From positions 65,420 to 129,419 of the forward strand of contig JAZQFD010000029.1 of the NCBI GenBank assembly GCA_045539335.1: 64,000 nucleotides of DNA, read 5' to 3'. This document shows, one piece after another, positions 28,101-35,876 of the stretch (positions are counted from its first letter, which is position 1; every line of letters begins with the position of its first letter). The DNA is from Eubacteriales bacterium. Lineage in GTDB: Bacteria > Bacillota > Clostridia > Oscillospirales > QAKW01. The notes beneath the pieces were generated by a model. It ran no database searches. It was not told where the DNA came from and saw only the letters and a list, made by a program, of their open reading frames with translations. Position numbers and translations under genes: made by a program.

Positions 28101-28195
28101 AAAAACTTATTTATTATAATGAACAGATTAATGATGAGATTTGGCGTAAGAGATCTGAATACAATCTTTCTGTTCCGGAGGAGGCGAATAAATAA
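25127..28195 (+). CDS. Giant secreted solute-binding protein: signal peptide + two CBM-like beta-sandwich modules + helical linker + family-1 extracellular SBP domain
   Basis: Signal peptide LLVLTMAFTMTFSVFA/DEE with no lipobox Cys. Duplicated modules (TYTITVQETGMYALKLDY...IDGKLP...FYLTAGTHTVTLS versus NWTIDVPESGYYTIGFRY...IDGKLP...FYLEEGTHCFTME). The C-terminal ~430 aa are SBP-like (LTVWVGTGRDQAMVLKTLCDNYFTKDTGISVNV...). Confidence 0.7.
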   Translation: MKDKNVSSVLRSFLAALLVLTMAFTMTFSVFADEEVIDDATDSSAAEDVTLDTDAPVNTGASKPAATVTPEGGSNQSSVSVVGFYREGRYVDYYAEYQDYDKKLPEIVVDADLFTAVTAPHEIVASHEGRTNAFVMTDVGSVTYTITVQETGMYALKLDYMPLLGNGNGKNYELSVMIDGKLPHNDSDRFVLKRNWADEDEVRPQDSAGNDLYSKQVEESKWLSKDVRDPDGVFDDPAKFYLTAGTHTVTLSVEAGILALDMIRFYNDGKTISYNDYIEMHDAEGATDVNNAFQLEMEDYDDKSESLVQPAYDRSDPKVTPYSISKTRMNVVGGENWNTNGQSINWTIDVPESGYYTIGFRYRQSYVEDSISYRKILIDGKLPFAEASQVGFMYGSGFQYTKASGVDENGKTFDYKFYLEEGTHCFTMEAVIGPMANVGRVAEDIVYQLNYIYRKIIIVTGTEPDTYRDYELEKRVNGLMDMLNSVYESVKGIQEEVIAINGSLASATILTTLQMQLEDFVAKPYVIPDRLSVFKDNISSLSSWMLDLRNQPVQIDKTIFNGTAAKEARQTSSFLEGLAHEIRAFWSSFVDDYTTVGSANEDGRTLTVWVGTGRDQAMVLKTLCDNYFTKDTGISVNVSLVPLSILSKAIVANRGPDIALHVSRSEPMNLGVRNAVYDISQFEDFDEVATRFTKYALTPYTLSTTDSNGNAIQRVFALPETQNFDMLFYRTDIFAELGIQVPNTWDDLDNILPYIQANNMTVGLDTNLGGGTFFSLILQGGHTPYREDGAVTNFTQQYAIDAFEKWTRYYLQYDLPTDYSWYSRFRNGEMPLVSTSYSNITYLQESAPELNGLWSVAPIPGTLDPDTGLVNHAEESTGMSGAMIVSKTIKSAKNPEQQLEDAWTFMKWWTSAEIAGEYGNRIEMAIGSVARYTTANIEAFEKIKWTTEEAAIIKEQRQWIRENPELVGGYYVGRNIINAFRNVTNKHTNPREKLIYYNEQINDEIWRKRSEYNLSVPEEANK

Positions 28196-29154
28196 TGGCT
28201 AAAGCAAAACAAAATGATCTTGATTTGCTGAAGAAGAAAAAGTTAACATTTTCTGAAAAAGTTCGCTTTACCTGGAGACAGGTGATTGATAACCGTGTTA
28301 ACTATTTCATGTTGACACCGTTTTTGGTTTTCTTCTTCCTGTTCACCGTGTTGCCGGTGTTGTCCTCCATGGTTCTGTCCTTTACACGCTATGATATTCT
28401 GAATAATCCTGTTTTCGTTGGATGGGATAACTACCTCAGAATGTTCTTGGAAGACGATGTATTTATGATTGCTTTGAAGAACACCCTTCAATTTGCAATT
28501 ATTACCGGTCCTGTCAGTTATTTGCTGTGCTTCGTATTTGCATGGTTCATTAACGATTTGCCTCCGGTTGCCAGAGCGTTCTTTACTGTGGTGTTCTATG
28601 CGCCCACTTTGGCAAACATCTACTTCATCTTCCAGTACTTATTTAGTAGTGATATGTATGGTCTTGCCAACTCGATCCTGATGAACCTTGGTTTGATGGA
28701 TGAACCGATTGCTTGGTTGACCAATACGGATTACATGCTCAACATCGTAATTATTGTTCAATTGTGGTGTTCTTTGGGTACCGGCTTCCTTTCTTTTGTT
28801 GCCGGTCTACAAAATTTGGATCCTTCCTTGGCCGAGGCCGGTGCCATCGATGGTGTCCGCAATCGTTTCCAAGAACTCTTCTATATCACCCTTCCTCAGA
28901 TGGGCGGTATGCTGATGTTCGGTGCGGTTATGCAGATTTCTTCTGCGTTCGCAGTGGGTGGTATTTCCTCCGCCTTGCTGGGTAACCCCTCTGTTGACTA
29001 TGCCGGTCACACTTTAGTTTTGCATATTGCAGACTTTGGTAATACACGTTTTGAACTTGGCTATGCTTCTGCCATCGCTGTATTCTTGTTTGCTTTGATG
29101 CTTATTACAAAAGCGGTCATTAATAAAATACTGGATCGCTTCTCAGATGATTAA
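28195..29154 (+). CDS. Sugar ABC transporter permease (MalF/LplB type), pair 1
   Basis: 6 TM segments. EAA-loop region LAEAGAIDGVRNRFQELFYITLPQM. 1-nt overlap with the SBP stop. Confidence 0.85.
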   Translation: MAKAKQNDLDLLKKKKLTFSEKVRFTWRQVIDNRVNYFMLTPFLVFFFLFTVLPVLSSMVLSFTRYDILNNPVFVGWDNYLRMFLEDDVFMIALKNTLQFAIITGPVSYLLCFVFAWFINDLPPVARAFFTVVFYAPTLANIYFIFQYLFSSDMYGLANSILMNLGLMDEPIAWLTNTDYMLNIVIIVQLWCSLGTGFLSFVAGLQNLDPSLAEAGAIDGVRNRFQELFYITLPQMGGMLMFGAVMQISSAFAVGGISSALLGNPSVDYAGHTLVLHIADFGNTRFELGYASAIAVFLFALMLITKAVINKILDRFSDD

Positions 29155-29174
29155 GGAAAGGAGAGTGAATTATT

Positions 29175-30032
29175 ATGTCAACTAAACTTAGAAGAACTAA
29201 AGTTTCCGTTGTCGGAGACATTACCACATATTTGTTACTCGCTCTCTATGCCAGCTTTATGGCGCTTCCTTTGGTTTATTCTGTTGCTCAGGCATTTAAA
29301 CCCTACAACGAATTGTTCATTTTCCCGCCTCGTTTTCTTCCGAAGAACCCGACCTTGATGAACTTCAAAAAGTTGTTTGATCTTACGTCAACCGCTTGGG
29401 TTCCGTTCTCAAGATACGTGTTTAACACTATTTTGAATACCGTTGTTGGTACTGTTATTCATATTTTGTCTGCAGCAATGGCTGCATACCCCTTGGCTAA
29501 AAACCGTTTCCCCGGAAAAAAAGGCATCAACAAGGTAATTGTTTGGTCGTTGCTTTTTGCCGGTGGCGTTACAGAGATTCCTGTATACTTGGTAATGTCC
29601 AAGTTGGGTATCATTGATACTTACTTTGCATTCTGGCTTCCTGAGCTTTCCGCTACCATGGGCGTTTTCTTGCTCCGTCAGAACATTGCTCAGCTTCCGA
29701 ATGCGGTGGTTGAAGCAGCTCGAATCGACGGGGCAGAGGAGTGGAAGATTCTTTGGTCGATCATCATGCCGGCTGTTAAGCCCGCTTGGCTGACCTTGGC
29801 AATTTTCTCATTCCAACGTAACTGGAATGCTACCGCTACTTCCTATATTTATACAGAGACTCTCAAAACTCTTCCTTCTGCACTTAGCCAGATTACCGCT
29901 GCCGGTAGTGTTGCTCGTGCAGGTGAGGCTTATGCAGCGTCGATTTTGTTGATGATCCCTCCGATTATCTTCTTTATCTTAGCTCAGAGTAGTACTGTAA
30001 AGACAATGGCTCACGCCGGTATTAAGGGTTAA
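29175..30032 (+). CDS. Carbohydrate ABC transporter permease (MalG/LplC type), pair 1
   Basis: EAA loop VVEAARIDGAEEWKILWSIIMPAVKP. 6 TM segments. Confidence 0.85.
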   Translation: MSTKLRRTKVSVVGDITTYLLLALYASFMALPLVYSVAQAFKPYNELFIFPPRFLPKNPTLMNFKKLFDLTSTAWVPFSRYVFNTILNTVVGTVIHILSAAMAAYPLAKNRFPGKKGINKVIVWSLLFAGGVTEIPVYLVMSKLGIIDTYFAFWLPELSATMGVFLLRQNIAQLPNAVVEAARIDGAEEWKILWSIIMPAVKPAWLTLAIFSFQRNWNATATSYIYTETLKTLPSALSQITAAGSVARAGEAYAASILLMIPPIIFFILAQSSTVKTMAHAGIKG

Positions 30033-30047
30033 GGAGGTGTATGTTAA

Positions 30048-31604
30048 GTGATGAAACAAAAGTTTATTAAAGTTTTGACTGTTGTGATGATTGCTTTGGT
30101 GCTTTCATCAATGACGGCAATCGTTGCTTCTGCATATACCCCTTACAATTCCTATAATTATAATTACTATGGCGAAGCAATTGAAACCCCCGCTTGTTAT
30201 GCTCCTGAAGCTGTTTATGGCGGAACAGATCTTGGAATTGGCGCACTTGGCAAGGTAGTGGATCTTTATGTCAGTCCTCAAAACGAAGTGTATTTGCTGG
30301 AATACCACGGCGCTGATGGTTTGGTTCGTATTCATATCTTTGACGAGAATATGAAGCTCGTTAAAACGCTTAGTTCCTATACTGCAAACGGTCAACCCTA
30401 TAACTTGTTCTTATCTGAAAGCTTGGTTGTTGACGATGAAGGCTACATTTATGTATGCGATACCGGTAACAATCAGATTGTTAAAATGGATCGTAATGGC
30501 GTGATTGTTCAGACGGTTGGCGCTCCCAATTCTGATATGTTTGAGGGTGCGTTTAATCCCCTGAGAATTGCAATCGCCAAGAATGGTTCTCTGTATGTTA
30601 TCAGCAGAAGCACCTTGGATGGTATCATGGAATTTAATCCTCAAGGAACCTTCCTTCGTTACTTTGGTGCTCCTAACGTTAAGATGAGCGTTTCTGACAT
30701 GGTTGCATTGGCATGGAGAAGAGTTTACCGCTCTTTGTTTGGTCAAGGCGTTGACGAATCTTTCGTAACCTTCGTACCCACCGAATTTACGAATTTGGTT
30801 GTTGATGAATACGGTTTCGTATTTGCAGTAGTTGCTGCCGCCGAAGACAATAGTGAACAGCTCTTCAAGATGAACTTCTTGGGTAACAACATTTTGGATC
30901 CTACAGCAAAGAGCACCAAGAAAGTCAGCGACTCTTTGTCTAAGACTTATGGTGACTTGGTTCGTCGTGCTACAGTTGGTACCGGAAACACCTTTACTGA
31001 TGTAGCTGTGGACGATGAGGGCTTTTTCACCATGATGGACTATAACCTCGGAAAACTCTTCGAGTATGATTCCGAAGGAAATCTGGTATCAGTTTATGGT
31101 GGTAAGGGCTATCAGCATGGTATGCTGCAGAAGCCCAAGGCAATCGCAAAACTCGGCGATAAGACTCTGATTTTGGATGAGTATTATCAAACAATCACCG
31201 CCTATGATTTGACCGATTATGGCGAGACCTTCCACGAAGCGATTGTTCTGTACAATAAGGGTAAATATGATGAGGCTGAAGACCAGTGGATCGAAGTTCT
31301 CAAGAGTAATGCCAACTGTGAAATGGGTCACATCGGCTTGGGTAAGGTCTCTTATCAGCATGGTGATTATGCAAAAGCATTGTTCCACTTTGAAATTGCA
31401 AACGATCGTATGAACTATGAGAGTTCTTATTCTCTTTATAGAGAGCAGTTAATCGCTGATAACTTCGGTACTGTCATGACTCTGTTGGTTGTTTTGATTA
31501 TCTTGGCCTTTGTATGGCGCTTGTTTGGTAAAAACATTATTAACGCTATTAAAGAAAGAAGACAAGGAGGTGGAAATGATGACGATGCAGAATTTATGGA
31601 GTAA
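30048..31604 (+). CDS. Secreted NHL-like beta-propeller + TPR protein with a C-terminal TM anchor
   Basis: Signal peptide. Repeated blade-like motifs (YIYVCDTGNNQIVKMDRNG, GSLYVISRSTLDGIMEFNPQG, FFTMMDYNLGKLFEYDSEGN). TPR-like YNKGKYDEAEDQW...QHGDYAKALFHFE. TM segment TVMTLLVVLIILAFVW near the C-terminus. Confidence 0.6.
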   Translation: MMKQKFIKVLTVVMIALVLSSMTAIVASAYTPYNSYNYNYYGEAIETPACYAPEAVYGGTDLGIGALGKVVDLYVSPQNEVYLLEYHGADGLVRIHIFDENMKLVKTLSSYTANGQPYNLFLSESLVVDDEGYIYVCDTGNNQIVKMDRNGVIVQTVGAPNSDMFEGAFNPLRIAIAKNGSLYVISRSTLDGIMEFNPQGTFLRYFGAPNVKMSVSDMVALAWRRVYRSLFGQGVDESFVTFVPTEFTNLVVDEYGFVFAVVAAAEDNSEQLFKMNFLGNNILDPTAKSTKKVSDSLSKTYGDLVRRATVGTGNTFTDVAVDDEGFFTMMDYNLGKLFEYDSEGNLVSVYGGKGYQHGMLQKPKAIAKLGDKTLILDEYYQTITAYDLTDYGETFHEAIVLYNKGKYDEAEDQWIEVLKSNANCEMGHIGLGKVSYQHGDYAKALFHFEIANDRMNYESSYSLYREQLIADNFGTVMTLLVVLIILAFVWRLFGKNIINAIKERRQGGGNDDDAEFME

Positions 31605-32262
31605 TCTTTATACATTCTGGAAAAAACTGAGTAATCGGCTGTTCGTTGGCAAAAAGAATCCCTTTTTAATGCTGGCACATCCCGCTGAAACAATGGAAGA
31701 TTTAAAGCAAAAGAAGAACGGCTCCGTTGTTTATGCCACCTTGCTGTTGCTTGCATATTCCGTTGCGGCCGTTATTAAGGCTGTTGCTACCGGTTTTTTG
31801 TATTCCTCTGCAAGAACTGAAGATTTTAACATCATTTCCGTTCTTTCTTCCTCCAGTGTATTGGTTGTTTTATTTGTTGTTGCCAACTGGGCACTGTGTA
31901 CATTGCTGAATGGTGAGGGTCGCATGGTGGACATTTATGTTATGACCTGCTATAACCTAACTCCGCTGATTATCGGTGACCTTGTTTCTACCTTTTTCTC
32001 CGGTTTCTTACTTCCGGATGAGTATGTGTTTGTGAATATCTTTGCCACCTGTATGAGTCTTTGGTTTGTAGTCTTGATGATTTACGGGGTTATGACCATT
32101 CACAATTATTCACTTTGGGGAACTCTTTTGAATCTGATTATTTCCCTTGTTGCAATGGCAGTAATCTTTTTCTTGATTTTCTTGTTTGTTGTTCTTGTTC
32201 AGCAGCTGTATGTGTTTATCTTTACGATTTTCACAGAATGCCGCATTCGGTTCTTGAGTTAA
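31576..32262 (+). CDS. Yip1-family integral membrane protein
   Basis: Start MMTMQNLW follows a GGAGGTG RBS and overlaps the upstream gene by 29 nt. Soluble N-terminus followed by 5 TM segments, the typical Yip1 topology. Confidence 0.6.
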   Translation: MMTMQNLWSNLYTFWKKLSNRLFVGKKNPFLMLAHPAETMEDLKQKKNGSVVYATLLLLAYSVAAVIKAVATGFLYSSARTEDFNIISVLSSSSVLVVLFVVANWALCTLLNGEGRMVDIYVMTCYNLTPLIIGDLVSTFFSGFLLPDEYVFVNIFATCMSLWFVVLMIYGVMTIHNYSLWGTLLNLIISLVAMAVIFFLIFLFVVLVQQLYVFIFTIFTECRIRFLS

Positions 32263-32281
32263 GAGGGGAGGAGTGATTATA

Positions 32282-34513
32282 ATGAAAAGATTTATTTCGA
32301 TTGTTGTAACGATTGTAACCCTTCTTTCTTGCATTGTTGTGGCAATTCCTGCCGCAGCAGCGCCTGCTCCTGAGCGTTTGGATGTTGAGGGCAACTATGT
32401 TCTGGTTGATCAAAACGATAAGTTGGCTCTTTATTTGGATTATGCGACCGGTATGTTTGGTGTAATGAATTTGAAAACCGGTACCGTTTGGTATTCCAAT
32501 CCTATTGATCGTAAAAACGATCAGGTGGCAACCGGCGACACAAAAACAGAGTTAAATACCCTGATTGCTGTTAAATACCTGACCGCCAACTACGAGCAGC
32601 TTACAAAGAATTCCAGCTTTGCCTCTTTTGTTACAGAGTATAACGGTGATGATGTTATTCTCTCCTTCTACTTCAACGAGGTAAACACCAAATTTATCAT
32701 TCCCATCAAATTGTCTTTGGAAGAAGATTATTTGAGAGTGGAATTGATGCTTGACCACATTAAAGAACTTGGCTCTTCTAAAGTGCTTGACGTTTCTTTG
32801 CTGCAGTTTTTTGGTGCTGCCGGCTTGAATGATACAGGCTATGCACTTTTGACCGATGGTTCCGGCTCTTTGATGGAGTTCAATATTGATGGTCAGCATT
32901 CCTATGAGTTTGGTGCAAGCAATGAAGGTACCTTCTATGCTGAAAACCCCACCGAGACTGCCAATCAGTCATACTATACTAACTGGAATGAACCTTTCCG
33001 GCTTCCTGTCCTTGGCATGGTTAAAAATGGCGAGGCATATGTTAACATCGTCGAAAGTGGTGCTGCTGTTACTGAGGCGCATGCTTATGTGAGTCGCTTC
33101 AAGAATAGCTACAATACCATTTATAACTCCGTTAACGTTCGTGATACTCAGAGCCGTATCAGTTCTGCCGGTAAGTCCGGTAAAGGCTTCTACTATACAG
33201 ATGAGCTTCCCGAGAACTATATTGCTCGCTACTATTTCTTGGATGGTGAAGATGCTGACTATGTTGGCATGGCCGAAAAGTACAGAGAGTATCTGATTAA
33301 TGAAAAGAAGATGGCCCCCATTAGCGAGAGTGTTGCCAACACTTTGTGTATTTCTCTTTATGGTGCCGTTAAGAAGTCCATGCATTTTCTTGGCATTCCT
33401 TATACCGGCGTTGAAGCATTGACCACCTTTTCTGAAGCAGAAGAATTGGTTAATCAGCTTCAGGCCGATCAGGTAAATAAGGTATTTCTGAATTATCTGG
33501 GTTGGAATGATGGTGGACTTGAGTCTACCCTCGAAACCGACTTTAGCATTGAATCCAAGCTTGGTAGTAAGAAAACTGTAAACAGTCTGATCAATACTGT
33601 TAATAACATTGAGAACTATCACCTTGCTTTTGACATGGATCTTCAGGCTTTTTACAAAGAGAATTCTGATGTTAAGAAATTCAAGAACAGTGCGTATGGT
33701 TTGAATTCTTCTCCCGTTACGCTGTTTAGATCTAGAATTTCTGCAGCTGGCGCTTTGGATAAGTCTTCGATCAGCCATCAGTTGATCAATCCTTTGGATA
33801 TGCCTGTATTTGCCAATGAGTTTGTTGGTGTTGCAACCAAGAGAAATGTGAACAGTTTCTCCTTTGGTTCTATCGGTGAAACTCTGTATTGCGCTTACAA
33901 CGCCGAGAAACTGGTTACTCGTGATAAGGCTGCTGCTTTGATGACCGATGTATTTACCTCTACTAAGGAAGTAATCGGAGACAAGGGAATCGTTAACACC
34001 AATGGTGGTAATGCTTATGCAACCCCTTATGTCGATAACGTTCTAAATGCTCCCGTTTATGGAAGCCACAACAACATTGCAAAGCAGGAAGTACCTTTCT
34101 ATCAGATCGTATTCCGTGGCTATGTTAACCTCGCAAGTAATCCTGTTAACTTGGATTCTGAGAAAGATGATCTGATTCTCAAGATTGCTGAAAGCGGAAT
34201 GAGTCTCTACTATCTTTTGATGGATGCAGATTCCACCTCTTTCCAAGGTACATCTTTCTCCGGCTCCTTCGCTTGCGCTCTTGATGATCATTATGAAGAA
34301 ATGATCGCCAATTATAATCGTTTGAAACCCCTTTATGATGCTATTGGTACCAGCTCGATTTCTGATTTTGAAATCGTTTCCAAGGACGTTCGCATCACTA
34401 CTTATAGCAATGGCGCTAAGGTGTATGTGAACTATGGGGATGCTGATGTTACAATCAATAATGTATTGATTAAGGCTGATGACTTTACTGTAGTAGGAGG
34501 TGCGAATTCATGA
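32282..34513 (+). CDS. Large secreted/anchored protein of unknown function (DUF5696-like from memory; possible distant glycoside-hydrolase fold)
   Basis: N-terminal signal/anchor FISIVVTIVTLLSCIVVAIPAAAAP. About 740 aa with no motif I can assign. The segment VFLNYLGWNDGGLES suggests a TIM-barrel-like core, but this is weak. Confidence 0.5.
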   Translation: MKRFISIVVTIVTLLSCIVVAIPAAAAPAPERLDVEGNYVLVDQNDKLALYLDYATGMFGVMNLKTGTVWYSNPIDRKNDQVATGDTKTELNTLIAVKYLTANYEQLTKNSSFASFVTEYNGDDVILSFYFNEVNTKFIIPIKLSLEEDYLRVELMLDHIKELGSSKVLDVSLLQFFGAAGLNDTGYALLTDGSGSLMEFNIDGQHSYEFGASNEGTFYAENPTETANQSYYTNWNEPFRLPVLGMVKNGEAYVNIVESGAAVTEAHAYVSRFKNSYNTIYNSVNVRDTQSRISSAGKSGKGFYYTDELPENYIARYYFLDGEDADYVGMAEKYREYLINEKKMAPISESVANTLCISLYGAVKKSMHFLGIPYTGVEALTTFSEAEELVNQLQADQVNKVFLNYLGWNDGGLESTLETDFSIESKLGSKKTVNSLINTVNNIENYHLAFDMDLQAFYKENSDVKKFKNSAYGLNSSPVTLFRSRISAAGALDKSSISHQLINPLDMPVFANEFVGVATKRNVNSFSFGSIGETLYCAYNAEKLVTRDKAAALMTDVFTSTKEVIGDKGIVNTNGGNAYATPYVDNVLNAPVYGSHNNIAKQEVPFYQIVFRGYVNLASNPVNLDSEKDDLILKIAESGMSLYYLLMDADSTSFQGTSFSGSFACALDDHYEEMIANYNRLKPLYDAIGTSSISDFEIVSKDVRITTYSNGAKVYVNYGDADVTINNVLIKADDFTVVGGANS

Positions 34514-35859
34514 AAAAATCAAATAATGAATTGAATAATACTCCCGCAGTAGAGCTGGAAACTGTTGCCACTCCCGAAGTTGAAGTTGAAGCAACTGTTG
34601 CTGAGGTTGAGGTAATGGAACCTATCAATCCTAATGCGCAGGTGGCTGCTGATTTAACAAAGCAAAATGCAGAGCGTGCAAGAGAAATTGTTAAGGAGCG
34701 TTTAGCTAAAATGTCTCCTGAGCAAATCGAAGCTCTGCGTAATGCAAAATCTGCAAAAATTGCTGCGGAACAAGTCGAAGAAACTGAACCTGAAGTGCCT
34801 GCTGTTTCTCCTGAAGAAACAGAGGCTGTAAAGGCTCGTCTTTCTCAAATGACCTCTGAGCAGATTATTGCTGCCCAAGCTGCAAAAGCTGCCAAGGTTG
34901 CCGCTGCGGCTGCTGCAACAGCAGAGGCTACTTCTGCTGTTGCCCCTGCTAAGAAAGCAAAGAAGAAGCGGAGAGGTCCTCGGATTTCCTATGAATCCAA
35001 GCAAGCCTTTAGCGGTTTTATGTTTGTATTGCCGTGGTTTATTGGTTTCCTGCTGTTCTTTGCAGCACCTTGCTTGGAATCCCTGCAGTTCTCTTTCTCT
35101 AAGGTTGACCCGTATAATCAGTATGCCTGTACATGGACCGGCCTTGCTAACTATACCAAACTACTGACAAAAGAGCCGACCTTTATGCAGGCGTTGACCG
35201 ATACCCTTACGGATTTGCTGGTAAACGTTCCTGTTGTATTGATTTTCAGTTTGTTTGTAGCTGTTCTGCTGAATCGTAAATTCCCCGGTCGTGGCTTGGT
35301 GCGTGGAATCTTCTTCCTGCCGGTTATTGTTACCACCGGTGTTGTAATGTCTACTTTCAGCTCCAGTGACTCTGAGGCTGCATTTAGCGGTACCATGAAC
35401 AGAGGTATTCTTTTCCAGATGACCGACGCCAGAGACTTTTTGGTTGATCTTGGTTTGAATGAAACGATTACTCAGTACATGTCTGACGTTGCCGACCGCA
35501 TCTTTGATGTGGTATGGGATTCCGGTGTACAGATCCTCTTGTTCTTGGCTGCTTTGCAGGGTATTTCTCCGCAGCTTTATGAAGCAAGTAGCGTTGAGGG
35601 TGCTACTGCATGGGAGACCTTCTGGTTGATTACATTCCCCAATGTGGCTCCTATCATTCTGGTTAACATCGTTTATACTATCGTTGATACCTACAACGAT
35701 CCTGAAAACCTTGTTTTGGCTCAGATTGAAACTTATACAGGTGTTACCTTTAACTTTGGTGGTGCAGCCGCCATTTCCTGGACATTCTTTACGGTCGTTT
35801 TGCTGTTGCTGGGCGTTGTCTTCGGTGTATATGCATTCCTGACCAGAAAATCTCGTTAA
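34510..35859 (+). CDS. Sugar ABC transporter permease (MalF type), pair 2, with a ~155-aa Ala/Glu/Lys-rich N-terminal extension
   Basis: ATGA overlap with the upstream gene. The extension carries a tandem repeat. The core has 6 TM segments and the EAA loop LYEASSVEGATAWETFWLITFPNV. Confidence 0.8.
   Translation: MKKSNNELNNTPAVELETVATPEVEVEATVAEVEVMEPINPNAQVAADLTKQNAERAREIVKERLAKMSPEQIEALRNAKSAKIAAEQVEETEPEVPAVSPEETEAVKARLSQMTSEQIIAAQAAKAAKVAAAAAATAEATSAVAPAKKAKKKRRGPRISYESKQAFSGFMFVLPWFIGFLLFFAAPCLESLQFSFSKVDPYNQYACTWTGLANYTKLLTKEPTFMQALTDTLTDLLVNVPVVLIFSLFVAVLLNRKFPGRGLVRGIFFLPVIVTTGVVMSTFSSSDSEAAFSGTMNRGILFQMTDARDFLVDLGLNETITQYMSDVADRIFDVVWDSGVQILLFLAALQGISPQLYEASSVEGATAWETFWLITFPNVAPIILVNIVYTIVDTYNDPENLVLAQIETYTGVTFNFGGAAAISWTFFTVVLLLLGVVFGVYAFLTRKSR
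34690..34911 (+). repeat. In-frame tandem repeat within the permease N-terminal extension
   Basis: VKERLAKMSPEQIEALRNAKSAKIAAEQ (34690-34773) and VKARLSQMTSEQIIAAQAAKAAKVAAAA (34828-34911) match at roughly half of their positions. Confidence 0.7.
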
Positions 35860-35876
35860 GAAAGGAGGCTACAAAT

